64,000 bases of DNA from NCBI GenBank assembly GCA_036002045.1, contig DASYTT010000121.1, forward strand, positions 95 to 64,094, given 5' to 3'. Numbering within the stretch: position 1 is the first letter of the stretch; every line of letters starts with the position of its first letter. A program made the translations under genes and the position numbers. A model generated the notes under the pieces. It worked only from the letters and a program-made list of their open reading frames with translations, ran no database searches and had not been told where the DNA came from. Source of the DNA: Gemmatimonadales bacterium. Its GTDB lineage: Bacteria > Gemmatimonadota > Gemmatimonadetes > Gemmatimonadales > GWC2-71-9. Positions 43,469-52,679 of this stretch are shown piece after piece.

Positions 43469-44803
43469 TCAGGCAGTCCTGACCCACCTCACCATGTCGC
43501 GGAACGTAGCGCGCTTCCCGTACGACAGAATTCCCACCCGGTAGACCCGTCCGGCCACCCAGGCCACGCCCAACACGCTCAGAATCATCACCGCGATGGC
43601 GGAGAGAACCTCCCAAATCGGGAGCGGCGTGATCGAATAACGCACCGGCAACGCAAAGGGTGCCCAGAAGGGAATGAAGGTGATCACTTTGCCCAGCGTC
43701 CCGTTCGGATCGTTGACCAGCGCGAAAATGGTCATGATGCCGAGCATGATGGGCAACGTCACCGGCATCATGAGCTGTTGGGTATCCTGAACCGTGCTGG
43801 ACATCGCTCCAACCGCCGCAAACATGGCTGCATAGAAAAGGAAGCCGAGAATGAACAGCACCAGGAAGATGAGCACAAGCGCCGGGCTGACGGCGGAGAG
43901 GAAGGATGCCCCGCCGCTGCTGGTGGCCGCGGCGGCGGCGCCACCGTCGTCCATCATCCGCCCCATGAACGAGGCTCCGAACGACCCGAGGTACAGCGCC
44001 GTCGCCGCCCAGATCGAGAGCTGAAACAGCCCGACCAGGCCCACGCCGATCACCTTGCCGAGCATCAGCTCAAACGGGCGAAGGCTGGATGCGAGGACTT
44101 CGATGATGCGGCTCGATTTTTCCTCGACGACCGAGGTCATGACCTGGGAGCCGTAAATCATCAGCGCGAGATAGAGGATGAACACCATGCCGTAGGCCAG
44201 CCCGAATGTTGCGGCACCGCTTTGGCCGGTAAGTCTCCCATCCGCCACCTTTTGGGTGACGAGGTCGACCCTCCCGATCGCCTGAAGCACCACCCCGGGA
44301 TCGACTCCAAGTCGCTCGAGCCGTTCACGCTGCACCACCGGGCGGAGGATTTCCTCCAAACGTCGCATTTCCGCCGGACTCCCCACGTTGGCTCCATAGT
44401 ACTGGATCCGGCCGTTCTGGAGCGTCTCTTCGGTCAGCACCAGCACGCCGTCGAACGCCTCGGCCTGCGCGCGTTTCGATAGCCCGGTGCGGGCGAGCGC
44501 CGAGTCCCGTACCGCCTCTACCCGGCCGACTGCGGGCAGGCGTTCCACATCGAACGGCAGCGGCGCGGCGGAATCTCTGCGCCGGTTGCTGGCCAACGCA
44601 TCCGCAACCCTCGCCGTGAAGGTGCCTTCCACCCCCTCCACCACTGCGATCCGTTTGGTCCCGCTCGCGCGCCGGAGCAGCAGGGCGGGCAGCACCGTGA
44701 ACATCGCCATGAGCAAGGGGAACAGCATCGTGGAGATGATGAACGCCCGCGTCCGCACGCGCTCGACGAACTCGCGCCGGATGACCGCGAGAATCTTATG
44801 CAT
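43469..44803 (-). CDS. ABC-2 type transporter permease (NatB-like)
   Basis: Track ORF. MHKILAVIRREFVERVRTRAFIISTMLFPLL, a large extracytoplasmic loop, then 5 C-terminal TM helices. Confidence 0.8.
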   Translation of the reverse strand: MHKILAVIRREFVERVRTRAFIISTMLFPLLMAMFTVLPALLLRRASGTKRIAVVEGVEGTFTARVADALASNRRRDSAAPLPFDVERLPAVGRVEAVRDSALARTGLSKRAQAEAFDGVLVLTEETLQNGRIQYYGANVGSPAEMRRLEEILRPVVQRERLERLGVDPGVVLQAIGRVDLVTQKVADGRLTGQSGAATFGLAYGMVFILYLALMIYGSQVMTSVVEEKSSRIIEVLASSLRPFELMLGKVIGVGLVGLFQLSIWAATALYLGSFGASFMGRMMDDGGAAAAATSSGGASFLSAVSPALVLIFLVLFILGFLFYAAMFAAVGAMSSTVQDTQQLMMPVTLPIMLGIMTIFALVNDPNGTLGKVITFIPFWAPFALPVRYSITPLPIWEVLSAIAVMILSVLGVAWVAGRVYRVGILSYGKRATFRDMVRWVRTA

Positions 44804-45755
44804 GGGTCACCTCGTGCGCCGGCGCGACGGCTGCCTCTGCTCCAACCTTGGCGATGAAGATGGACTGGAGCGACGCCTCGACCACTTCGAAGCGGGCCAG
44901 CCCGACGTCGTTCTCCACCAGCGCGCGAAGCAGCCGGTCGGGATCGGAGTTTCCCGTCAGCTGCACTTCCGCGCTGGCGCCGTAGTCATCCACTCGCTCA
45001 ACCAGCGCGCGGTCGTTCAGTACGCGGGCCGCGCGGTCGCCGTTCCTGGTGAAGCTGAGCGCGATATGCCGCCCGCCGAACTCCCGCTTCACTCCTGCCA
45101 GCGATCCGTCGACCACCTTCTGTCCGCGCGCGATAATCACGATGTGGTCGCACATCCGCTCGGCCTGCTCCATGATGTGGGTCGAAAAGAGCAGGGTCTT
45201 CCCGGTGCGCGCCAGCTCGACCACCACGTCCTTCATCACCTGGCTGTTGACGGGGTCGAGCCCGCTGAATGGCTCGTCCAGCAAGAGCAGGTCGGGATCG
45301 TGCAAGAGAGCGCCGATGAACTGGACCTTCTGCTGCATGCCCTTGGACAACTCCTCGACCTTTTTCATCGTCCAGTCCGAGATGCCAAGCCGTTCGAGCC
45401 AGACACCGGCCTTCCGGCGTGCCACGGAGCGGGCGATTCCCTTGGTCTCGCCCAGGAAAGCGAGGTGATCCCCCACGCGCATCTTCTTGTAGAGCCCGCG
45501 CTCTTCGGGGAGATAACCGATCCGCGCCGAGAGGTCGCGGCTCGCCGCCTCGCCCCCGAAGAGGGTGATGCGCCCCTCGTCGGGGGTGAGAATGTTGAGG
45601 ATCATGCGGATCGTGGTGCTCTTGCCGGCGCCGTTGGGACCGAGCAGGCCGAAGATCCCGCCGGCGGGGACCTCCATGGAGAGCCGGTCGACGGCAGTGT
45701 GGCCGGCGAAGCGCTTGGTGACGCCCTCAAGGCGGACCACAGTGCCGCTGTTCAT
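44796..45755 (-). CDS. ABC transporter ATP-binding protein (NatA-like, C-terminal DUF4162-type domain)
   Basis: Track ORF. GLLGPNGAGKSTT, LSKGMQQKV, LLLLDEPFSGLD. 8-nt overlap with the permease gene. Confidence 0.9.
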   Translation of the reverse strand: MNSGTVVRLEGVTKRFAGHTAVDRLSMEVPAGGIFGLLGPNGAGKSTTIRMILNILTPDEGRITLFGGEAASRDLSARIGYLPEERGLYKKMRVGDHLAFLGETKGIARSVARRKAGVWLERLGISDWTMKKVEELSKGMQQKVQFIGALLHDPDLLLLDEPFSGLDPVNSQVMKDVVVELARTGKTLLFSTHIMEQAERMCDHIVIIARGQKVVDGSLAGVKREFGGRHIALSFTRNGDRAARVLNDRALVERVDDYGASAEVQLTGNSDPDRLLRALVENDVGLARFEVVEASLQSIFIAKVGAEAAVAPAHEVTHA

Positions 45756-45759
45756 GCGG

Positions 45760-46068
45760 TCAGGCTCCGGATGGTCGGACGGGGGGTTCCTTCCAGTCGC
45801 TCAGGCGGGTGATCGGGCCGGCCTCTTTGGCAGGCAGAATGACGAACGGCTCGTCGACGCGGATCCCGAACTTGCGAAGCCGTTCGATCCAGTCTCCGCG
45901 GGACAAGGCGGCCGTGGCGGGATCGTGGATGGCGACGTCGTGGAGCACGACGCCCCGCTCATTGGTTTCGTGATAGCGTCCCACCCAGCTGCGGCCCGAA
46001 GCACCTTCCACCACGACAGTGACGCCGTGGAGCGCTTCGTGGCCGGGATGGAAAACGTGGCCGGACAT
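45760..46068 (-). CDS. Hypothetical protein
   Basis: Track ORF (MSGHVFHPGHEALHGVTVVVEG...). No family recognised. No obvious SD; the leader is C-rich. Confidence 0.5.
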   Translation of the reverse strand: MSGHVFHPGHEALHGVTVVVEGASGRSWVGRYHETNERGVVLHDVAIHDPATAALSRGDWIERLRKFGIRVDEPFVILPAKEAGPITRLSDWKEPPVRPSGA

Positions 46069-46076
46069 AGCAGTGA

Positions 46077-46104
46077 GGGGTGAGGGGTGAGGGGTGGAAC
46101 GGGG
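46077..46104 (+). other. Canonical G-quadruplex motif (G4-N3-G4-N3-G4-N6-G4)
   Basis: GGGGTGAGGGGTGAGGGGTGGAACGGGG read directly on the plus strand, in the 50-nt spacer between genes 46119..46568 and 45760..46068. Confidence 0.6.
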
Positions 46105-46118
46105 AAGGTAATAACGTC

Positions 46119-46568
46119 TTACCGCTTACCTCTCACCGCTTCGGTGCCGCAGTACCGCTCGAACGCCGCAATCAGATCCTGCGCGATCGCCTCCGGCCCC
46201 TTGCCCTCGATCATGTGGCGGTGGACGAAGTGCACCACCTCACCATCCGAGAGCAATGCTACCGAAGGTGAGCTGGGCTGATACTCCGCGAAATAGCTCC
46301 GCGCCCGCGCCGCGGCCTCCATATCCTGTCCGGCGAAGACCGTATACAGGTGCTGCGGCTTGACCGGATGCCGGAGCGCGAGGCTCAGCGCGGGCCGGGC
46401 CGCCCCCGCAGCACATCCGCACACCGAGTTCACGAACACCAGCGCAGTTCCCTCCCCAGGCCCGAGTGCCGCATCCACCTCCGCAATGCTGCGAAGCTCC
46501 CGGACCCCCAGGCGAGTGACCTCCTCACGCATGGGTTTTACCATCATCTCGTTATAGGGCACTCCCAC
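46119..46568 (-). CDS. BrxA/BrxB-family bacilliredoxin (DUF1094/YphP-like)
   Basis: Track ORF. LVFVNSVCGCAAGAARP is the CGC redox motif. Length and flanks are typical of YphP/YqiW. Confidence 0.8.
   Translation of the reverse strand: MGVPYNEMMVKPMREEVTRLGVRELRSIAEVDAALGPGEGTALVFVNSVCGCAAGAARPALSLALRHPVKPQHLYTVFAGQDMEAAARARSYFAEYQPSSPSVALLSDGEVVHFVHRHMIEGKGPEAIAQDLIAAFERYCGTEAVRGKR
46126..46142. repeat. 17-nt repeat copy TTACCTCTCACCGCTTC (GAAGCGGTGAGAGGTAA on the coding strand)
   Basis: Identical 17-mer also at 46621-46637, and a 15-nt version at 46602-46616. Here it encodes the bacilliredoxin C-terminus EAVRGK. Confidence 0.85.
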
Positions 46569-46601
46569 CTCCCTCTTCGGTTGGGTCCTCGTCTCACCCT
46601 C

Positions 46602-46637
46602 TTACCTCTCACCGCTCTGGTTACCTCTCACCGCTTC
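46602..46637. repeat. Two tandem copies of the TTACCTCTCACCGCT(TC) repeat at the sufU 3' end
   Basis: 46602-46616 and 46621-46637, separated by 4 nt. The distal copy supplies the sufU TAA stop and the proximal copy encodes EAVRGN. Confidence 0.85.
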
Positions 46638-47054
46638 TAGCGCCTGTTTCATCGCATGCCAGCTGAGCGTCGCGCACTTCACCCGAATCGGGAAAGCGCG
46701 CACGCCCTTGAACACCTCCAGCTTCGGGGGAAGCCCGCTGCCACCGCTGGCACCTACCGTCACGAGCTCGTGGAACTTCTCGAATAGTCCTTCCACTTCC
46801 GCCACGCTCTTTCCTTTGATGATCTGGGTCATCATCGAGGCACTCGCCTTGGAGATCGCGCAGCCTTGTCCCAGGAACGCAGCATCGCTGACCCGGTCTC
46901 CTTCCAGCTTGAGCCAGATCTCATACATATCCCCGCAGAGCGGGTTACGCCCCTCGGCATGGGTCGTCGCGTCCTCGAGCCTGTGAAAATTCCGCGGAGT
47001 GCGGTTGTGATCGAGGATGACGCTCTGATAGAGCTCGTCGAGCTCGCTGCTCAT
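46602..47054 (-). CDS. sufU: SUF system Fe-S cluster scaffold SufU (NifU/IscU-like)
   Basis: C-terminal 150 aa of track ORF 46602..47624, starting at ATG 47054 with an ATGA overlap onto sufS. YQSVILDHNRTPRNF, NPLCGD, GQGCAISKASASMM, VKCATLSW. Confidence 0.9.
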   Translation of the reverse strand: MSSELDELYQSVILDHNRTPRNFHRLEDATTHAEGRNPLCGDMYEIWLKLEGDRVSDAAFLGQGCAISKASASMMTQIIKGKSVAEVEGLFEKFHELVTVGASGGSGLPPKLEVFKGVRAFPIRVKCATLSWHAMKQALEAVRGNQSGER

Positions 47055-48322
47055 CCCAACACCGCTCTGGCTCGGCCGAGCCCAGCGACCAGGGCATCGA
47101 TCTCGGCGGGAGTGTTGTAGGCCCCGAACGAGGCACGCAGGGTAGCCGAGACTCCAAAGCGCCGCATCAAGGGTTGGGCACAGTGATGCCCGGCCCGGAC
47201 GGCGATGCCCAGAGTGTCGAGCACCGTGCCGGCATCGTGGGGATGGATCCCTTCCAGCACCACCGACATGACGCTGACCCGATCCGCGCCTTCGCCAAGA
47301 ATCCGAAGCCCTGGCACGTCGGCGAGCTTGCGGCCCGCCTCGGCGACCAGATCCTGCTCGTACGCCACCAGGGCCTCCCAGTCCCACGTCATCAAGTAGT
47401 CCAGCGCCGCTCCCAGCCCCACCACCTCCGCGATCGGCGGGGTGCCGGCTTCGAAGCGTTCCGGCGGCGGCGCATAGCTGCTGCGCTCGATCTGGACCTC
47501 GCGAATCATCCCCCCCCCGCCCTGCCATGGCGGCATCGCTTCGAGCAGCTCGCGCTTCCCGTACAGCAGGCCGATCCCGGTGGGTCCGTAGAGTTTGTGA
47601 CCGGAACAGGCGAAGAAATCGCAATTCATGGCCGCGAGGTCGAGGCGGAGATGCGGGGCCGACTGCGCCCCGTCCACGACCACTACCGCGCCGACCTCGT
47701 GGGCCATCGCGCAGATGGCGTTGATGGGGTTGATGGCTCCCAGGACATTGGAGGCATGGGTCACCGCCACGATCCGGGTGCGCGACGTCAGCAGCGATTC
47801 GAACGCCGCGAGGTCCAGTCCGCCTGATTCCGTCACGGGAATCGCCTTGATGGCCGCACCGGTCCGTTCGGCGATGAGCTGCCAGGGAACCAGATTGGAG
47901 TGGTGTTCCATCTCGGTGACGAGGATTTCATCGCCGGGCCGGAGCACCGAGCCGCCATAGCTCTGGGCTACGAGGTTGAGGGCGGCGGTCGTGCCGGAGG
48001 TAAAGACGAGCTCGGCGCTCGAGCCGGCGCCCAGGAACTGCGCGGCCAGCTCTCGCACCCGCTCGTACGCCAGGGTCGCTTCCTGGCTCAGCGCATGCAC
48101 GCCGCGATGCACGTTCGCGTTGCCGGTTTCGTAGTAGCGTGTCATCGCCGCGATGACAGGCCCGGGCTTCTGGGCTGTCGCGGCATTGTCGAGATAGACC
48201 AGCGGACGCCCACGCACCTCGCGCGCGAGGATCGGAAAATCCGCACGGATCCGTTCGACATCCCACGCCCCGGCGCGCCCAACGCGGGATGCTCCTGGAG
48301 GAACCGTCGCCAGCGGCGTCAT
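47051..48322 (-). CDS. sufS: Cysteine desulfurase SufS
   Basis: Track ORF trimmed to ATG 48322. YLDNAATAQKP, HHSNLVPW, SGHKLYGPTGIG (PLP Lys), RAGHHCAQP (active-site Cys). Confidence 0.95.
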   Translation of the reverse strand: MTPLATVPPGASRVGRAGAWDVERIRADFPILAREVRGRPLVYLDNAATAQKPGPVIAAMTRYYETGNANVHRGVHALSQEATLAYERVRELAAQFLGAGSSAELVFTSGTTAALNLVAQSYGGSVLRPGDEILVTEMEHHSNLVPWQLIAERTGAAIKAIPVTESGGLDLAAFESLLTSRTRIVAVTHASNVLGAINPINAICAMAHEVGAVVVVDGAQSAPHLRLDLAAMNCDFFACSGHKLYGPTGIGLLYGKRELLEAMPPWQGGGGMIREVQIERSSYAPPPERFEAGTPPIAEVVGLGAALDYLMTWDWEALVAYEQDLVAEAGRKLADVPGLRILGEGADRVSVMSVVLEGIHPHDAGTVLDTLGIAVRAGHHCAQPLMRRFGVSATLRASFGAYNTPAEIDALVAGLGRARAVLG

Positions 48323-48329
48323 GGCTGGA

Positions 48330-49640
48330 TCAGCTCTCGATGCCGAGACGGGTGGCCACCAGCTCATCGAGGGCCTCGCGCACCGGCGTCGATGCCACTT
48401 CGTTCACCACCTCGGCGGCGAATGCGTACGTCAGCACGCGCTGCGCCTCAGCGCGGGGAATTCCGCGGCTCTGGAGATAGAAGAATGCGCTCTCGTCTAT
48501 GCGCCCGACCGTCGCGCCATGGGTGCACTTGACGTCGTCCGCGAAGATCTCGAGCTGGGGCTTGGTGTCGACCTTGGCCCCTTCGGACAGCAGCAGGTTC
48601 CGGTTCGTCTGTTTGGCGTCGGTCTTCTGCGCTTCGGGCCGGACGAACACCTTGCCGTTGAATACGGCGTGGCTCCGGTCGTCAAGGATGCCCTTGTAAA
48701 CCTCCCAGCTCCGACAATTGGGCTGGTCGTGGAAGATCGTCGTGTGATTGTCCACCAACTGCTCGCCGCGCCCGAGGTAGAGACCATACAAGAGCGTCTC
48801 GACATTCTCGCCGGAAAGGCGAGCCCGGAGGTCGTGGCGCGCGATGGCGCCGCCGGCCGCCAGGGTGAAGGACCGATAGTGGCTGTCGCGCGCCTGCTCC
48901 ACTTGGGTCAGCCCGATATGAAACGTCGCTTCGTTTTCGCGCTGGATCCGGGTGTGCTCCACCCAGGCTCCCTCGCCGACCACGACCTCGGTGACCACGT
49001 TGTGGAACGAGGCGCCGGTGCCCAGTCCGGCATAGCTCTCGACCAATTGCGCGCGCGCGCTTCGCTCGACCAGCAACACCGTGCGCACCTGCACGGCGGC
49101 GCCGGCAGCAGCGTCCGTCGTGACGTACAGCAGGTGGATCGGAGCGGCGAGATCCACCCCCGGCGGGACTCGCACCACGGCGCCTTCACCGGCAAACGCC
49201 GCATTGAGCGCCGCGAAGGGAGTGAGGTCCGGAGTGGCAATCTGGGCGTAGGAGCGCTCGATGAGCAGGGGATCTCGGGTGAGCGCCTCGCCCAGCGGCT
49301 CGACCGTGACGCCGGCAGGCAGCTCCGGGCGGTGGGAAAGCACCGGATCGAATTGGCCATCCACGAAAACCAGCGTACACCATTCCGTGGCGCCGAACCG
49401 GTACGCCTCGAGATCCTGCCCTGCTACCGGCTGGCGGCCCGCCCGCCCGTCGAGGCGCCAGCTCGTCCGCGCGATCGGCGTCACTGGCGTGAACCGCCAC
49501 TCCTCGTCCTTCGCCGTCGGAAACCCGGTTCTGGCAAAGCGGTCGAACGCTTCGCGCCGCCGGGCCAGCAAAGCGGCCGGGCCACGGCTGCCGCCGTTGC
49601 CGGTAAACCGCTCGAAGGCTTCCAGATATTCGCCGTTCAC
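48330..49640 (-). CDS. sufD: Fe-S cluster assembly protein SufD
   Basis: Track ORF 48330..49673 trimmed to GTG 49640, a GTGA overlap with the sufC stop. The C-terminal beta-helix has [20 protein letters not shown]. Confidence 0.9.
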   Translation of the reverse strand: MNGEYLEAFERFTGNGGSRGPAALLARRREAFDRFARTGFPTAKDEEWRFTPVTPIARTSWRLDGRAGRQPVAGQDLEAYRFGATEWCTLVFVDGQFDPVLSHRPELPAGVTVEPLGEALTRDPLLIERSYAQIATPDLTPFAALNAAFAGEGAVVRVPPGVDLAAPIHLLYVTTDAAAGAAVQVRTVLLVERSARAQLVESYAGLGTGASFHNVVTEVVVGEGAWVEHTRIQRENEATFHIGLTQVEQARDSHYRSFTLAAGGAIARHDLRARLSGENVETLLYGLYLGRGEQLVDNHTTIFHDQPNCRSWEVYKGILDDRSHAVFNGKVFVRPEAQKTDAKQTNRNLLLSEGAKVDTKPQLEIFADDVKCTHGATVGRIDESAFFYLQSRGIPRAEAQRVLTYAFAAEVVNEVASTPVREALDELVATRLGIES

Positions 49641-50398
49641 GCCGGCGTTCCTTCCGGAATTCCGGTCAACCACTCGTAGCCTTTGGCCTCGAGCTCGAGG
49701 GCAAGCTCTTTTCCGCCCGATTTCACGATTTGTCCCTCGACGAGCACGTGCACGAAGTCGGGGATGATGAAATTGAGCAACCGCTGGTAGTGGGTCACCA
49801 CAATGGTGGCCCGATCGGGGCGGCGCAGAGCATTGACCCCATCCGCCACGATCCGCAGCGCATCGATATCGAGGCCGGAATCGGTCTCATCGAGGATCGC
49901 CAGCTTCGGCTCGAGCACCGCCATCTGCAGGATCTCATTGCGTTTCTTCTCACCACCCGAGAATCCGCTGTTGACGGCGCGCTGCATGATTTCGGATTCC
50001 CACCCCACCACCTTGAGTTTTTCCTCGAGCAGGTCGAGAAAGTCGATGGGATCGAGCTCTTCCTGGCCGCGCGCCTTGCGGAGCGCATTGTACGCGGCGC
50101 GCAGGAAATAGGCGTTGCTGACACCGGCGATCTCCACGGGATACTGGAAGGCCAGGAACACCCCGGCCTGGGCGCGCTCTTCAGGCTCGAGCTCCAGGAG
50201 GTCCTGGCCCTCGAGCAGTACGCTGCCCGCCGTGACCGTGTAGGCCGGGTGGCCCGCCAGCACCTGAGCAAGCGTGCTCTTGCCCGATCCGTTCGGGCCC
50301 ATGATGGCATGCACTTCCCCAGCCTTCACACTGAGATCAATGCCGCGCAGGATTTCGTTGTCGCCCGCGGAGGCCCGGAGCCCTTTGATTTCCAGCAC
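49637..50398 (-). CDS. sufC: Fe-S cluster assembly ATPase SufC
   Basis: Track ORF 49637..50674 trimmed to GTG 50398 ((V)LEIKGLRA). [33 protein letters not shown]. Confidence 0.95.
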   Translation of the reverse strand: MLEIKGLRASAGDNEILRGIDLSVKAGEVHAIMGPNGSGKSTLAQVLAGHPAYTVTAGSVLLEGQDLLELEPEERAQAGVFLAFQYPVEIAGVSNAYFLRAAYNALRKARGQEELDPIDFLDLLEEKLKVVGWESEIMQRAVNSGFSGGEKKRNEILQMAVLEPKLAILDETDSGLDIDALRIVADGVNALRRPDRATIVVTHYQRLLNFIIPDFVHVLVEGQIVKSGGKELALELEAKGYEWLTGIPEGTPA

Positions 50399-51831
50399 TA
50401 GCCCACGCTCCCCTCGAGACTGACACCAAGCAGCTTCTGCGCTTCCACGGCGAACTCCATCGGCAATTCCTTGAATACTTCCTTGCAGAAGCCGTTCACG
50501 ATCATCGAGATGGCGTTCTCGGTATTGAGGCCGCGTTGCTTGCAGTAGAAGATCTGATCCTCGCCGATCTTCGACGTGCTGGCTTCGTGCTCCACCGAGG
50601 CCGATGGGTTCTGCACGTCGATATAGGGAAAGGTATTCGCGCCGCAGCGGTTTCCGATCAGCATCGAGTCGCATTGGGTATAGTTGCGCGCTCCGGAGGC
50701 CTTGGGGAGAACCTTGACCAGGCCGCGATAACTGTTGTTGCCACGCCCCGCGCTGATCCCCTTCGAGACAATGGTGCTCCGGGTGTTACGGCCCATATGG
50801 ATCATCTTGGTGCCGGTATCGGCCTGCTGCCGGCCGTTCACCACCGCCACTGAATAAAACTCGCCGACCGAGTCATCCCCCTGCAGAATTACACTGGGGT
50901 ATTTCCAGGTGATCGCCGAACCGGTTTCCACTTGCGTCCAGGAGATCTTGGCCCCCCGCGAAGCCTTGCCGCGTTTCGTCACGAAGTTATAGATCCCACC
51001 GCGGCCTTCCTCGTCGCCGGCGTACCAATTCTGCACGGTCGAGTACTTGATGGTCGCCCCCTCGAGCGCCACCAGCTCGACCACCGCGGCGTGCAGCTGA
51101 TTCTCATCGCGTTTCGGAGCAGTACAGCCCTCGAGGTAGCTGACGTGAGCACCCTCGTCGGCGATGATCAGCGTGCGTTCAAACTGGCCGGTGTTCTGGG
51201 CATTCATCCGGAAATAGGTCGAGAGGTCCATCGGGCAACGAACCCCCTTCGGGACGTACACGAACGACCCATCGCTGAAGACCGCGGAATTGAGTGCCGC
51301 GAAATAATTGTCGCTCGCGGGAACCACGGAACCCAGGTACTTCTGGACCAGCTCGGGATGCTCCAGAACCGCCTCGGAGAAGGAGCAGAAAATGATGCCC
51401 AGCTCGCCGAGCTGCTTCTTGTAGGAGGTTCCGACCGATACGGAATCGAAAATGGCATCGACCGCAACGCCAGTCAGGATTTTCTGCTCGGTCAGCGGGA
51501 TACCGAGCTTCTGGTAGGTCTCCAGGAGTTTCGGGTCGGCCTCTTCCAGCGAGCCAAGCGGCTTCTGGGTCTTCGGCGCCGAGTAATAGATGATGTTCTG
51601 ATAGTCGATGACCGGATAGGAGACATTGGGCCAATGCGGCTCGCTCATCTTGAGCCAGCCGCGATAGGCCTTGAGCCGCCAATCCAGCATGAACGCGGGC
51701 TCGGCCTTCTTGGTCGAAATGAGGCGGATGATGTCCTCACTCAAACCCTTCGGAACCGAATCGGCCTCGATGTCGGTGACGAAGCCCCACTTGTATTCGC
51801 GATTGACGAGGGACTCGACGGGGCTGCTCAT
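50398..51831 (-). CDS. sufB: Fe-S cluster assembly protein SufB
   Basis: Track ORF with full-length SufB colinearity ([46 protein letters not shown]). Confidence 0.95.
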   Translation of the reverse strand: MSSPVESLVNREYKWGFVTDIEADSVPKGLSEDIIRLISTKKAEPAFMLDWRLKAYRGWLKMSEPHWPNVSYPVIDYQNIIYYSAPKTQKPLGSLEEADPKLLETYQKLGIPLTEQKILTGVAVDAIFDSVSVGTSYKKQLGELGIIFCSFSEAVLEHPELVQKYLGSVVPASDNYFAALNSAVFSDGSFVYVPKGVRCPMDLSTYFRMNAQNTGQFERTLIIADEGAHVSYLEGCTAPKRDENQLHAAVVELVALEGATIKYSTVQNWYAGDEEGRGGIYNFVTKRGKASRGAKISWTQVETGSAITWKYPSVILQGDDSVGEFYSVAVVNGRQQADTGTKMIHMGRNTRSTIVSKGISAGRGNNSYRGLVKVLPKASGARNYTQCDSMLIGNRCGANTFPYIDVQNPSASVEHEASTSKIGEDQIFYCKQRGLNTENAISMIVNGFCKEVFKELPMEFAVEAQKLLGVSLEGSVG

Positions 51832-52101
51832 GGTGCTAATACCCTTCTTTCCGGACCGTTAGAATATAGCGAATCCTAAGTAAAATAGTCGGGATTGTCA
51901 AAGGGCGGAAGATTTGGTGGTGCAATGAGTTAGCAAACTTAGTTCCGGTTCGCTTCCCTTCCGCAGGCCTTGCTTCGGCATACCCCCGGACAGGCGATCT
52001 GCTGAAGTAGTTGTTACTGCTACTTATTAGCTAACTAACTGTGCCACGGTCTCCTGAGTCCAACTCTTGAGTAATCGGGGCGCAAGCCGGAGATTAGCAG
52101 C

Positions 52102-52674
52102 ATGACTATTCATCGCATCCGGCTGCTGGGCGACCCTATTCTCCGCGCCCGCTGCGAGTTCATCGCCAAGCCTCGCTCTACAGCGGTTCGAGTCATCGTG
52201 GACGATCTGCGCGAGACGCTGCGGGACTGGCAGTCCCGTTTCGGTAGCGGCCGGGCGATCGCAGCACCCCAGATCGGCGCACCGGTTCGCATTGTCCACG
52301 TCGAGATGGATCAGCCGTGGACTTTGATCAATCCCGAGATCGTGGATATCGGAACTGAAGATTTCTCGGTCTGGGACGATTGCTTCTCCTTCCCGAACCT
52401 GCTGGTAAGGGTTCAACGAGCCCATCACGTAAGAATTCGCTACGAGGACTTGAAGGGAGAGACCCACGAGCTCGAGCTCGAGGGCGACCGCGCGGAGCTG
52501 CTGCAGCACGAAATTGACCACCTCGACGGGGTCTTGGCAGTTGACCGGGCGTACGGAGCAGATCCCTTCTGCTTGCGCGAGGAATGGAACCGTCTCTATA
52601 CGGCCTCCGACCGCTACGGAGAACCCGAGCCACGGAGTGAACAGGTCCCGACACCGCTCTCCGCTCTGCTGTAG
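52102..52674 (+). CDS. def: Peptide deformylase homologue with non-canonical motif 2
   Basis: Track ORF. Motif 1 is GRAIAAPQIG, motif 2 is DDCFSFP (canonical EGCLS) and motif 3 is QHEIDHLDG. Confidence 0.75.
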   Translation: MTIHRIRLLGDPILRARCEFIAKPRSTAVRVIVDDLRETLRDWQSRFGSGRAIAAPQIGAPVRIVHVEMDQPWTLINPEIVDIGTEDFSVWDDCFSFPNLLVRVQRAHHVRIRYEDLKGETHELELEGDRAELLQHEIDHLDGVLAVDRAYGADPFCLREEWNRLYTASDRYGEPEPRSEQVPTPLSALL

Positions 52675-52679
52675 TCCAC

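Noticed and set aside
46569-46601. Purine-rich GGAGG/GAGGG tracts between sufU and the bacilliredoxin gene as additional copies of the repeat family.
   Set aside because: Here (gaagagggaggtgggag) the tract sits at the right distance from the GTG start of the bacilliredoxin gene. It is more simply a Shine-Dalgarno sequence.
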